Translations under genes and position numbers: made by a program
Notes under the pieces: generated by a model
Seen by the model: the letters and a program-made list of their open reading frames with translations, nothing else
The model's database searches: none
What the model was told of the DNA's origin: nothing
Assembly (NCBI GenBank): GCA_021498095.1
Contig: JAIZWK010000001.1
Span: forward strand, 480,001 to 512,000
Direction of reading: 5' to 3'
Length of the DNA stretch: 32,000 bases
From: Candidatus Harpocratesius repetitus
Lineage (GTDB): Archaea; Asgardarchaeota; Lokiarchaeia; Sigyniarchaeales; Promethearchaeaceae
Shown: positions 1-8,765 of the stretch, one piece after another
Position numbering within the stretch: position 1 is the stretch's first letter
Layout of the letters: each line of letters begins with the position of its first letter

Positions 1-17
1 GTAAATAGGCAACACCG

Positions 18-1565
18 ATGCGAAAAACTGTTCAAATTGCTGGAATTTCACTCATATTAAGTACCCCCGACGAAATACCTCGTATTCAATGGATCGGTGG
101 TGAGTTATATTTATCCCAACTTTTGGCAGCATGGACTATAGTAGACAAAGAACATGATATTCCTATGAGTCCGCAAATTTTGGGAAAACCAGGAGTAGGA
201 AAAACAACTTTAGCCTATAGTGCTGCAAAATCACTAAATCTTCCTGTATATATATTTCAATGCACAGTTGATACTCGTCCTGAAGATCTTTTAATAACAC
301 CTGTAATTGGAGGGAATAATACAATCGAATATCACGCGAGTCCACTTGTCACTGCCATGATTGAGGGAGGAATTTGTATCTTAGATGAGGCAAATCGAAT
401 GGCAGAGAAATCATGGGCATCTTTAGCACCTTTATTAGATCGTAGAAGATATGTAGAATCGGTTATTGCTGGAATTAAACTCTCTGCCCATCCAAATTTT
501 CGAATATGTGTTACAATGAATGAAGATTCAAGCACATTTGAAATCCCAGAATATATTCACTCTCGTTTACAACCTCAAATTTTCATTGAATTTCCAGATT
601 CAGAAGAAGAATATCAGATATTGAAATTTAATATTCCTTATTCTCCTAGACAGATAATAGACTATACTGTAAATTTTTTACAAAGAGCCCATAAAGCAAA
701 TAAAGATTACACAATTAGAGATGGAATCAATATTTGTCGTTATTATTTAAAAATCGAACAATTTTTCTTTAATAAGTATCAGTCTCAAAAATCATTTTCA
801 TATTTAACACCTAATGAAGAAAGAAATAACTTTATACGTGATAAGTCTAGCAATAATTCGAAAAATGATCAAGATCTGGAAAAAACATCAACAATTAGAA
901 CTAAATCTCCAAATAAATTATCAAATGAAGTTCAAATGGATTCGTTCCATGAAAAGTCTCAAGATAAGCAAAATCAAAAGAATGGGATAAATAAAAAATT
1001 ATTTCAACAGGCAATTTTCTATATTTTAGGTGAAGAAGGTTATAATTTTTATTTAGGGAAAAAACCAACTAAATCTGACCATTTTCTTCAATTTCAAGAT
1101 ATCTTTGATCAATTAAATGCAATATTTTATGATGAGAATATTGATAATCCAGAGTATCATGATGATCTTTCTCCTGATGAAGAGAATTTTAATGAAGAAT
1201 TTGAAAATAATCAAGAAAAAACAGAGAAATATCACAATTTTAGAAATGAAGAGCCATTTTTTGATGAACTTGACGCATTCGATGAAGAAGACGAAGATTT
1301 TCTTGATTTATTGGAAAAAAGTGATGTGAAATGGAATTCAGAAAAAGAGAGAAAAGATTTTCTTGAACCAATATTGGATGATGATCTTGATGAAAGACTT
1401 AAAAAAGAACCCCTTGATAGAGATCCTAATGAAATAATCAGAGAATTTTTAGAACGCAAATATCAGGAAAAAAAGAAAAGATTAAAAAAAGAACCTTCTG
1501 AAGATTCTAAAAATAAAAAACTTAATCATGGAACTCAGGGGAAAGATTCAAATGATCCGGTATAA
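18..1565 (+). CDS. MoxR-like (AAA_5) AAA+ ATPase with low-complexity insert and long acidic C-terminal tail
   Basis: Walker A GKPGVGKTT, MoxR-type TVDTRPEDLL, Walker B CILDEANR, sensor/R-finger region VTMNED...HSRLQP. About 170 C-terminal aa are D/E-rich then K-rich. Confidence 0.9.
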   Translation: MRKTVQIAGISLILSTPDEIPRIQWIGGELYLSQLLAAWTIVDKEHDIPMSPQILGKPGVGKTTLAYSAAKSLNLPVYIFQCTVDTRPEDLLITPVIGGNNTIEYHASPLVTAMIEGGICILDEANRMAEKSWASLAPLLDRRRYVESVIAGIKLSAHPNFRICVTMNEDSSTFEIPEYIHSRLQPQIFIEFPDSEEEYQILKFNIPYSPRQIIDYTVNFLQRAHKANKDYTIRDGINICRYYLKIEQFFFNKYQSQKSFSYLTPNEERNNFIRDKSSNNSKNDQDLEKTSTIRTKSPNKLSNEVQMDSFHEKSQDKQNQKNGINKKLFQQAIFYILGEEGYNFYLGKKPTKSDHFLQFQDIFDQLNAIFYDENIDNPEYHDDLSPDEENFNEEFENNQEKTEKYHNFRNEEPFFDELDAFDEEDEDFLDLLEKSDVKWNSEKERKDFLEPILDDDLDERLKKEPLDRDPNEIIREFLERKYQEKKKRLKKEPSEDSKNKKLNHGTQGKDSNDPV

Positions 1566-3552
1566 AAATCTCTTGATCCTACCAACCTATCATGATTCCT
1601 TAGAGTTTACTACAGAAATCCGAAATGAATTCTATCGTAATCCCCCTGATTTAATTGCAGTTGAATTTCCGGAGAATTTAAAACAAGACATCTTAACTGG
1701 AGTAGCGCGTTTACCTAAAATTTCAGTTGTTCTTTACTATGATGAATTTTTAAAAACACAATTATATATTCCAATCACTCCAGTTGATTCGTTGGTGGAA
1801 GCAATTCGACTAGGAGATGAATATGGAATTCCTGTTGAATTTATTGATATTTTTATTAAAAATTACAATCCTCCTGTAATTCCGCTTCCAGATTCTTATG
1901 CACTACACTATATTTCTCTTAAAAAGTTTTATTCTATTCTTAACAACACATTAGGATTGAAAAAAAGAGCAAAACATTATTATCAAACAAAAATTCTAAA
2001 TTCAGATGACTCACTTCAAGATACATTGAAAACAGGAAAAGAAGCAGAACAATGGATGCAATCATCTCAAGAATTGGATGAAATGCGTAATTTATATATG
2101 GCTTCTCGATTGCACCAAATTATGGTGGAGAATTCAAATGCAACAATTCTAGTGGTAATTGGATTAAATCATTGGGAACAAATTAAGATATTATTAGATC
2201 ACAAAAAAATTGATTTAGATCTTACAGCATTTCAACCAGAAGTCAAAACAACTTTACTTAATATTCGAAATAAGGATATGCCTCAATTATTCCAAGGGAT
2301 TCCGAATATTATTTTTCAATTTGAGATTTTTAGACATCAACAAAAAATGAAATGGGATGATTTGGAAAATAAGCAACCACCACCAGAACTATTTCAAAAT
2401 TTCGATGTGTTAGAAGGTATTCGGGAAATTTTAAGTAAATCAATCGAACGATATAAAATTGAATATCAAGAAAGAATTTCAATTTTTAAAATGCAATCTT
2501 TAATAAAATATGCTAGAAATCTTGCTTTAATTGAGAATCAACTTGTTCCAAATCTTTTTAATCTAGTTCTAGCTGCAAAAAGTATTATCAACGATGATTT
2601 TGCTTGGATTGTTTATGAAGAAAGTGTAAATTATCCATTCTCTGAAGATCCTGCAGAAATTCCAACTTTAGAACTTTCAAATAAAGGTTTATTCTTAAAT
2701 GGAAAACATTTTACACTTCGTAGAAGTATACCAATTAAATTAAAGGCAGTAAAGCTTCCTTTAAAACCAAAACCAAAAGAACGTTATAAGGGAGAATGGA
2801 AGGATGAATGGAATAAGGGACGATTTCAGCTTGTTTCACATATACCGGAGGATATTTTTGAAGAGCAATATTTTCATCATATTCGAGATCGTTCTTTTGA
2901 AATTCTTCGTGATACATATAAAAAGACCCATAAATTTTCATCCACATTGATGGACGGAGTAGATTTTCGCGAAACTATCAGGAATTGGCCTATTAATCAG
3001 ACGATTTATGTGAAAGAAGAGATTTCAATTCATGGTTCAGTAGATAGTGTTGTGATTATTTTTGATCCTGATAATGATCCAAAATCAAATTCAAATACAG
3101 AAAAATACCCGTATAAAATGATGTGGTATGCAGAACATTCAAAAGAGAGTGATTTAGCATTTTATAGCACATTTCCAGGAGTAAATCTTGTTGGACCGGG
3201 TATTTCACGAATAGAATTAGGAGGAGTTACTTCTTTTTATCCCCCAAGAAATGTACCAAATATTTGGTCTACAAGATTTCAAAAAGAATATCCATTTATT
3301 CAATCAAAAGCAGAGACTCTTTTAACAAGCGCACTTATTTTTGCGCAAAAAAAATTTATAACTTATGTCTCTGCATCCAAACCTCGACAAATTTTCTATA
3401 CATTTGCAGCTAAACTAAATCTTAATATAATTTTTATCCCATTGAACCGTTTCAATCCAAATAGCCTGCATTCATTACGAAATTTGCATATAATCGCTGG
3501 GAAAAATAAACGAAAATTGGCGTATAAATATATTAATAAGCGAAAAATCTAA
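1552..3552 (+). CDS. Conserved MoxR-associated protein (TraB/GumN-like N-terminus, possible degenerate VWA-like C-terminus)
   Basis: Long ORF overlapping the AAA gene end (ATG at 1552; alternative ATG at 1528). N-terminus LPTYHDS...PDLIAVEFP resembles the TraB/DUF5682-like fold. DGVDFRETIRNW resembles the pre-VWA motif of MoxR partner proteins. Confidence 0.6.
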   Translation: MIRYKNLLILPTYHDSLEFTTEIRNEFYRNPPDLIAVEFPENLKQDILTGVARLPKISVVLYYDEFLKTQLYIPITPVDSLVEAIRLGDEYGIPVEFIDIFIKNYNPPVIPLPDSYALHYISLKKFYSILNNTLGLKKRAKHYYQTKILNSDDSLQDTLKTGKEAEQWMQSSQELDEMRNLYMASRLHQIMVENSNATILVVIGLNHWEQIKILLDHKKIDLDLTAFQPEVKTTLLNIRNKDMPQLFQGIPNIIFQFEIFRHQQKMKWDDLENKQPPPELFQNFDVLEGIREILSKSIERYKIEYQERISIFKMQSLIKYARNLALIENQLVPNLFNLVLAAKSIINDDFAWIVYEESVNYPFSEDPAEIPTLELSNKGLFLNGKHFTLRRSIPIKLKAVKLPLKPKPKERYKGEWKDEWNKGRFQLVSHIPEDIFEEQYFHHIRDRSFEILRDTYKKTHKFSSTLMDGVDFRETIRNWPINQTIYVKEEISIHGSVDSVVIIFDPDNDPKSNSNTEKYPYKMMWYAEHSKESDLAFYSTFPGVNLVGPGISRIELGGVTSFYPPRNVPNIWSTRFQKEYPFIQSKAETLLTSALIFAQKKFITYVSASKPRQIFYTFAAKLNLNIIFIPLNRFNPNSLHSLRNLHIIAGKNKRKLAYKYINKRKI

Positions 3553-3559
3553 TTGTAAC

Positions 3560-4609
3560 ATGATTTTCTTGCCTTTGGATAATACTGAGTGGAAAAATTG
3601 GGGATCTCGTTTAGATCGTAAGAAATTCATCCATTTTCTTATGATAATTCTAATTATTTCATTAATCTTTTTCTTCATTGGAATTTTCTTTAACGATTGG
3701 GATTTAGATAAGTATTTTTATGCCAATAATCAAATTTTATTTTGGTTTTTTAGAGTAATCTCATATTTAGGTTCCACTATTGTAATTATACTTTCTTTTT
3801 CTTTGCTTTTTTTCCTTGTAGATAAAAAAATCGCAAGAAGCGCTCTATATTCCTATAGTTGTGTCTTGATAATTACTACTTTCTTGAAAATTCTCATACA
3901 TGATTTACGACCACCACAAAACATTTTTTTTGGCAGCCCAATTGCACAAGGTTGGGGTTTTCCATCAAGTATTACGGCAGGAACAATATGTTTTTGGGGA
4001 TACATACTATTCCGGGCAAAAGATTTGCAAAATAGAAAAACTAAAAAGATCTTATATTGGATCGGAAGTACTTTAATGGGTATTATACCTTTAAGTCGAA
4101 TTGTAATTGGAACTAACGATCTAGAGGATATTCTTGGTGGATACCTAATCAGCTTTGCATTTCTCAGTATTTTCTTAATAATTGATGCAAAATTTATTAC
4201 TTTTCACTTAAAATATAAAATATGCGGAATGCTTGGAATTTTAAGTGGATTATTTTATTGGGGCATTTTAGTTGCTATTTTTATGAGAATTTATCCAGAA
4301 AATCAAGTTCAAATTATTTATGATCTTTCTGTAACTGCAGGATTGATAATTGGCAGCTCTTTTAATTTTTATCTAACAGAAGAAACCATTAACGTAGATT
4401 ATTCGCAATTTGCTTGGAAATCTCGTATAGTTGGTCTAACTACATCAATTTTTTCCATTATCACTATTTTTTCTGGATTATGGGCTTTACTCCAAATTAT
4501 TCCATTTATACAATTTTTTATTGCAATCCCATATATCTTATCTCCAATTCTTAGTATACAACCAGGTATTTGGTTAGCTTCTAAAATTGGTAATAGGATT
4601 TCAAATTAA
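3560..4609 (+). CDS. PAP2-superfamily integral membrane protein, catalytic His residues substituted
   Basis: Multiple hydrophobic segments. C1 motif KILIHDLRP is intact, C2 reads FPSSI (canonical PSGH), C3 reads SRIVIGTNDLED (canonical SRxxxxxHxxxD). Starts 7 nt after the upstream stop. Confidence 0.85.
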   Translation: MIFLPLDNTEWKNWGSRLDRKKFIHFLMIILIISLIFFFIGIFFNDWDLDKYFYANNQILFWFFRVISYLGSTIVIILSFSLLFFLVDKKIARSALYSYSCVLIITTFLKILIHDLRPPQNIFFGSPIAQGWGFPSSITAGTICFWGYILFRAKDLQNRKTKKILYWIGSTLMGIIPLSRIVIGTNDLEDILGGYLISFAFLSIFLIIDAKFITFHLKYKICGMLGILSGLFYWGILVAIFMRIYPENQVQIIYDLSVTAGLIIGSSFNFYLTEETINVDYSQFAWKSRIVGLTTSIFSIITIFSGLWALLQIIPFIQFFIAIPYILSPILSIQPGIWLASKIGNRISN

Positions 4610-4690
4610 ATATCTAATCATAAAGAGTAAGTAATCTTATTAGTGTGAGACGTTTCAGTTGATTATATAAATTATTAATAATAAGAAATA

Positions 4691-5611
4691 TTAAAATGGA
4701 AATGGATTACCACATCCACGACAAAATTGAGCAGATAATAGATTTTTTGTTCCACATTCTGGACAATATTTGGTATTTAAGTCTCTATTTAGCGAGATTT
4801 CCTCTAATTCTTCTTGTAATTCCTTTTGGGTTTGCATTTTAAGGTGATTTTGATCTATTTCTTTATTATTTAGAGGTTTTGATACTTTTCGAAAAGGAAA
4901 TGGAAGGTTTCTTTTTATATCTTGAATATATGAATCGATGTCTTTCCTTTCTTTTAATTCAGCTGCTTGATTCAACTTTGAAAAATCGACATTTAATTTT
5001 GGATACGAACAATTCTCAAATTTGAACGATCTTAGATTTTTAGCGATATCGCCTAATGATATTATATTCAAGTAATTTGAATCTGCAAACCAAAGCTGTT
5101 GCAGCCGTTCTGCTTTTAATGATCTAAAATCGATTGAACAAAAATGAGAATGATCAAGAAATTGAATTGAAACTAAATTTGGAAGAACAGTTTTTCCTGA
5201 AAAGAGGGTTGATTGAAGACATTTATGGAACTCCAGCAATTCTAATTGAATGTTTCCTAATAAATCACCTTTAAACTTAATGTATTTAGAATTCTTAAAT
5301 AACCATCGACGCCATGAAGGAAATTCTCCAATTATATCAAGAATATCAAAATATTCTGAATTAGAAATAAAAATTTGTTCAATTTCCGCTGAAGAAGGAA
5401 AATATAGGGAAAAAGAGAAGTATTTGCAACCTATCATTTCAATATACCTCAAATTTGGCCAGTGATCACCATCTAATAAAAGATTACAATTTGAGCAATT
5501 ATGAAGTGATAATTTTTCAATATCTGGATTGTAATTAGAAATTTTATTCAAATCATCGGGAAATTTTAAATATCTTTTCTGTTTGAGGAGAAGTTCTTGC
5601 AATTCCATCAC
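4691..5611 (-). CDS. Leucine-rich-repeat-like protein with C-terminal zinc ribbon
   Basis: About 23-aa repeats (IEKLSLHNCS, LRYIEMIGCK, LELLEFHKC, LRSFKFENCS). C-terminus CPECG..KN...AQFCRGCG. Confidence 0.7.
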   Translation of the reverse strand: MMELQELLLKQKRYLKFPDDLNKISNYNPDIEKLSLHNCSNCNLLLDGDHWPNLRYIEMIGCKYFSFSLYFPSSAEIEQIFISNSEYFDILDIIGEFPSWRRWLFKNSKYIKFKGDLLGNIQLELLEFHKCLQSTLFSGKTVLPNLVSIQFLDHSHFCSIDFRSLKAERLQQLWFADSNYLNIISLGDIAKNLRSFKFENCSYPKLNVDFSKLNQAAELKERKDIDSYIQDIKRNLPFPFRKVSKPLNNKEIDQNHLKMQTQKELQEELEEISLNRDLNTKYCPECGTKNLLSAQFCRGCGNPFPF

Positions 5612-5687
5612 TTTAATTGAATGATTTTGATTATATATTACTTTTCAAGCCCAATTATTTATTCGATTTCAACTAAAACTTGATCAC

Positions 5688-6200
5688 TTAATTATTATTA
5701 AGATAAGATTCAAGATCTGCTAAACTGTGAAATAGACGTCCACCACTATCTTTAATACAATATTCTACTTGTAAGTTGACTGTACACCCATAATTATCAC
5801 CTGAAAGCCGAAAATCACTCCGAAATCCGTAAATTTTTTTTCCAAGTATATACGCCATTCCAATTTCAGTAGCAGTTCCTGAATCTACATCTGGACCATC
5901 CAAAATTGCAAAAAGGAAATCACTCGATTGAAGCAATTCCTTATTATTTTTTGCAATTTGAATATTAATTTTAGATAATTCATCAATTGATTTATGAAAA
6001 TTGAGAATAGACCCAGTGCTATCCATGACATGCAGATTTTTCTGAATTGAATTAATTTGTTTACCCAATTCAATGTTTTTAGGGTAAATGAACGGATCAA
6101 TGACATCAAAATATTTACTTAACAGATCTTTAATTTGTTGAGTTCCAGTAATTCCTATTTCAGAAAAACCATGGGGTCCAGCAAAATATAATTTTTTCAT
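5688..6200 (-). CDS. Nucleoside 2-deoxyribosyltransferase family protein
   Basis: KLYFAGP N-terminal motif and LDGPDVDSGTATEIGMAYILGK with the catalytic Glu. Likely start is MKKLY at 6200 (ORF track starts at 6224). Confidence 0.85.
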   Translation of the reverse strand: MKKLYFAGPHGFSEIGITGTQQIKDLLSKYFDVIDPFIYPKNIELGKQINSIQKNLHVMDSTGSILNFHKSIDELSKINIQIAKNNKELLQSSDFLFAILDGPDVDSGTATEIGMAYILGKKIYGFRSDFRLSGDNYGCTVNLQVEYCIKDSGGRLFHSLADLESYLNNN

Positions 6201-6247
6201 AATATTTTTTTTTTTTGATATCAAAAAAAGTATTTCTTTTAAAAAAA

Positions 6248-6607
6248 TTAACTAGAATTTAAACTTTGTAAAATTGCAACGAGTAAAATAAACACAAACT
6301 CTGAATTTGGGAAAACAACCATAATAATTCCAGTTTGAAGATCTATTTCAATTGAAATTCCAATATCCTCCAATTTTTGCTTAATAATATCGATAATATA
6401 TTTTTCTTCTAATTCATCAGGTAGTGCATCAATGGAAAAATTCACTTGAATTGGGTTTTCTTCAGATTCTGTGAAGATTTTCGAATCCGGCCAATAATGA
6501 GAGCAGAAAAAATTAAAAAATTGACAATTTTCAAAAATTATCCGAAAAGTTCCATTTTTAGATAAATTATTAAGATAAATATGAAATGGTTTTAAACACT
6601 CCCCCAT
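6248..6607 (-). CDS. Hypothetical protein
   Basis: 119-aa ORF with protein-like composition in the same orientation as the downstream gene. The frame stays open upstream to 6709. No family recognised. Confidence 0.55.
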   Translation of the reverse strand: MGECLKPFHIYLNNLSKNGTFRIIFENCQFFNFFCSHYWPDSKIFTESEENPIQVNFSIDALPDELEEKYIIDIIKQKLEDIGISIEIDLQTGIIMVVFPNSEFVFILLVAILQSLNSS

Positions 6608-6838
6608 TACAGTGCTTAGTACCTTAATAGGGAACTTTTTTCCAATATGATGAAAAATTTTCCCATTTAAAACAATTTGAGTCCCTCTTATATAAGTCTG
6701 ACTAATCGTCTAAATATCCCCCTCTTATTACTAAAAGAATTATAAACTCCATCTACTTAAACATATCCGACAAAAACGGATAAATTTTCACATCAGTAAA
6801 AATTCGATAAGAATATTAAATTACTTTAATACTATTAA

Positions 6839-8764
6839 ATGATAAGTTTGAGTAAAAATCAAATTTCCAACAACAATCTTGCTCATGAATTCTTAAAAAA
6901 TCTTGAAATAATCCAAAAGAACGCAGATTTGTTGGAAAAAGAACCCGACAGATTAGGGAAAGAGTATTGGAAAAAGATTTTTAATTCGATTTTTAAAAAA
7001 TATGAAAAAAAAATTGAGTTATCTTCAAACCCTCAAGAAAAAATTGCATTAATTGAACATTTGGGTCAAATTTATCAATTTTATCTCATAAATACATTAT
7101 GTTTTAAAAATAATCATTGGGAAATTACAATTAATAAAGCAAAAAAGAAGAATGAAAATTTAGGTGTGGTTTATACTCCAAAAGAAATAATTAAATTCAT
7201 TATAAAATGGATTATAAAAAGAATAATTGAAGATCCTGCATTGTCTATTAAAAGATTAAAAATCGCAGATATTGCATGCGGTCCTGGTCAATTTTTATTC
7301 GAATGGTATAATGAAGAGAACATTCTAAAAAGGAATATTGATATATTTTTGTATGGATACGATAAAGACACTATTGCAATTCAAATTGCCCAATTATGTA
7401 GACAACAAAATCTAAAATTTCTTGAAGCAGATTCTCTATTCGATAGTAATTTAGAAACACCAAATCAGTTTGATATTATTGTAGGAAATCCTCCTTATAT
7501 TAAATCCAGCGCAATAGATGATAATTATTGGCAGAAATTAAAAGTTCATTATAAAAGTACTTATCAAAAATTTGATCTTTCAGTTGTTTTTTTAGAGAAA
7601 TGCTTGAATTTAATTAAACCAGGAGGTATTTGCGGATTAATCATATCAAATAAATGGTTAATATCCAAATATGGCTTAAAAATAAGAGAAATGTTATTAA
7701 CTCAAGTGCAAATCCTTGCAATTATCGATCTCTCTCAATTATCGGTATTTTCTCAAGTTTCAACATACCCAATTTTATTCTTTTTTAAAAAACATCCAGA
7801 AAATCATTCGATAAAAAATAAGAAATCACCAACTGGGAGCTTTTGGATCAATTTATTTCATTTAAAAAAACTAAGTGATTTATCAGAAGTGCTTTCAGGA
7901 AAAATTAAGGGTTTTCGAATTCAACAGAAATATTTCTATTCAACACCTCAATATGCGTTTATCACAAATATTTCTGAGAAGGAAGGAAAATTTCTTTCCC
8001 ATTTTTGGAATCTACCTCAAAATTCTTATTTCTTTTTAGGCGACTCTTTAAGTCCTTATACCTTACGAAAGGGAATTCATACCGGAAATTGCCGACAAAA
8101 ATTAATTTATTCAAATACTCGAGATAAATATGATATGAATCCAAATTTCAAGCCTTTAATTACCAGTCGCCAGAAAATTGAGAGATATAAGATATCATGG
8201 CAAGGATTATGGATAAATTATGATAATAATGTATTTGATAAAACTAAGGGAGATTATGGATCATTACGAGATAAATGGATTTTTGAAGCATGTCCAAAAA
8301 TATTTATTAAATTATTTGGAATTCGCCTTCAAGCTGCGATAGATTTCTCCCGATATTATGCAAACAATTCTATAATTATTCTTCTTAGAAAAGACCAAAA
8401 CTCTACTTTCCCTAAAAAACAGAAAAAGCATTTTCTATTAAATACTGTATTTCAAAACATTGAACAAGAATTTTACTTTTTGCTTGGAATATTAAATTCA
8501 AATTTAATTTCAGATTATTATCGTTTAATATTCAAACATACTCATGTTCGGGGTAATTATCTTCAATTTTATATTAATGATCTATCAAGAATTCCTATAA
8601 TCATTTTAAACAAAAATAATTTCAAAATTGCACAAGAGATTGCGCGTTTGTCTAAAATTCTTGTAAAATTATATGAAAACTATAATGAAAATTATCAATT
8701 AATTGATGAAAAAGAAAAGAAAATCGAAAAAAAAGTAGAAATACTATATGGGATAACTAGTTAA
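6839..8764 (+). CDS. N6-adenine DNA methyltransferase (gamma class, Eco57I/TaqI-like M domain with TaqI_C-type specificity region)
   Basis: GVVYTPKEII (motif X), IADIACGPGQFL (motif I), IIVGNPPY (motif IV), C-terminal PKIFIK and LLGILNS segments typical of TaqI_C. Confidence 0.9.
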   Translation: MISLSKNQISNNNLAHEFLKNLEIIQKNADLLEKEPDRLGKEYWKKIFNSIFKKYEKKIELSSNPQEKIALIEHLGQIYQFYLINTLCFKNNHWEITINKAKKKNENLGVVYTPKEIIKFIIKWIIKRIIEDPALSIKRLKIADIACGPGQFLFEWYNEENILKRNIDIFLYGYDKDTIAIQIAQLCRQQNLKFLEADSLFDSNLETPNQFDIIVGNPPYIKSSAIDDNYWQKLKVHYKSTYQKFDLSVVFLEKCLNLIKPGGICGLIISNKWLISKYGLKIREMLLTQVQILAIIDLSQLSVFSQVSTYPILFFFKKHPENHSIKNKKSPTGSFWINLFHLKKLSDLSEVLSGKIKGFRIQQKYFYSTPQYAFITNISEKEGKFLSHFWNLPQNSYFFLGDSLSPYTLRKGIHTGNCRQKLIYSNTRDKYDMNPNFKPLITSRQKIERYKISWQGLWINYDNNVFDKTKGDYGSLRDKWIFEACPKIFIKLFGIRLQAAIDFSRYYANNSIIILLRKDQNSTFPKKQKKHFLLNTVFQNIEQEFYFLLGILNSNLISDYYRLIFKHTHVRGNYLQFYINDLSRIPIIILNKNNFKIAQEIARLSKILVKLYENYNENYQLIDEKEKKIEKKVEILYGITS

Positions 8765-8765
8765 A

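Noticed and set aside
4649-4659. 11-mer GACGTTTCAGT whose reverse complement recurs at 14185-14195
   Set aside because: A single 11-nt match between intergenic regions is within chance expectation, and the two contexts differ (convergent versus divergent spacer).
6839-8764. Fused restriction-modification (Type IIG) enzyme
   Set aside because: The N-terminal region before motif X is only about 100 aa and shows no PD-(D/E)xK or other nuclease motif.
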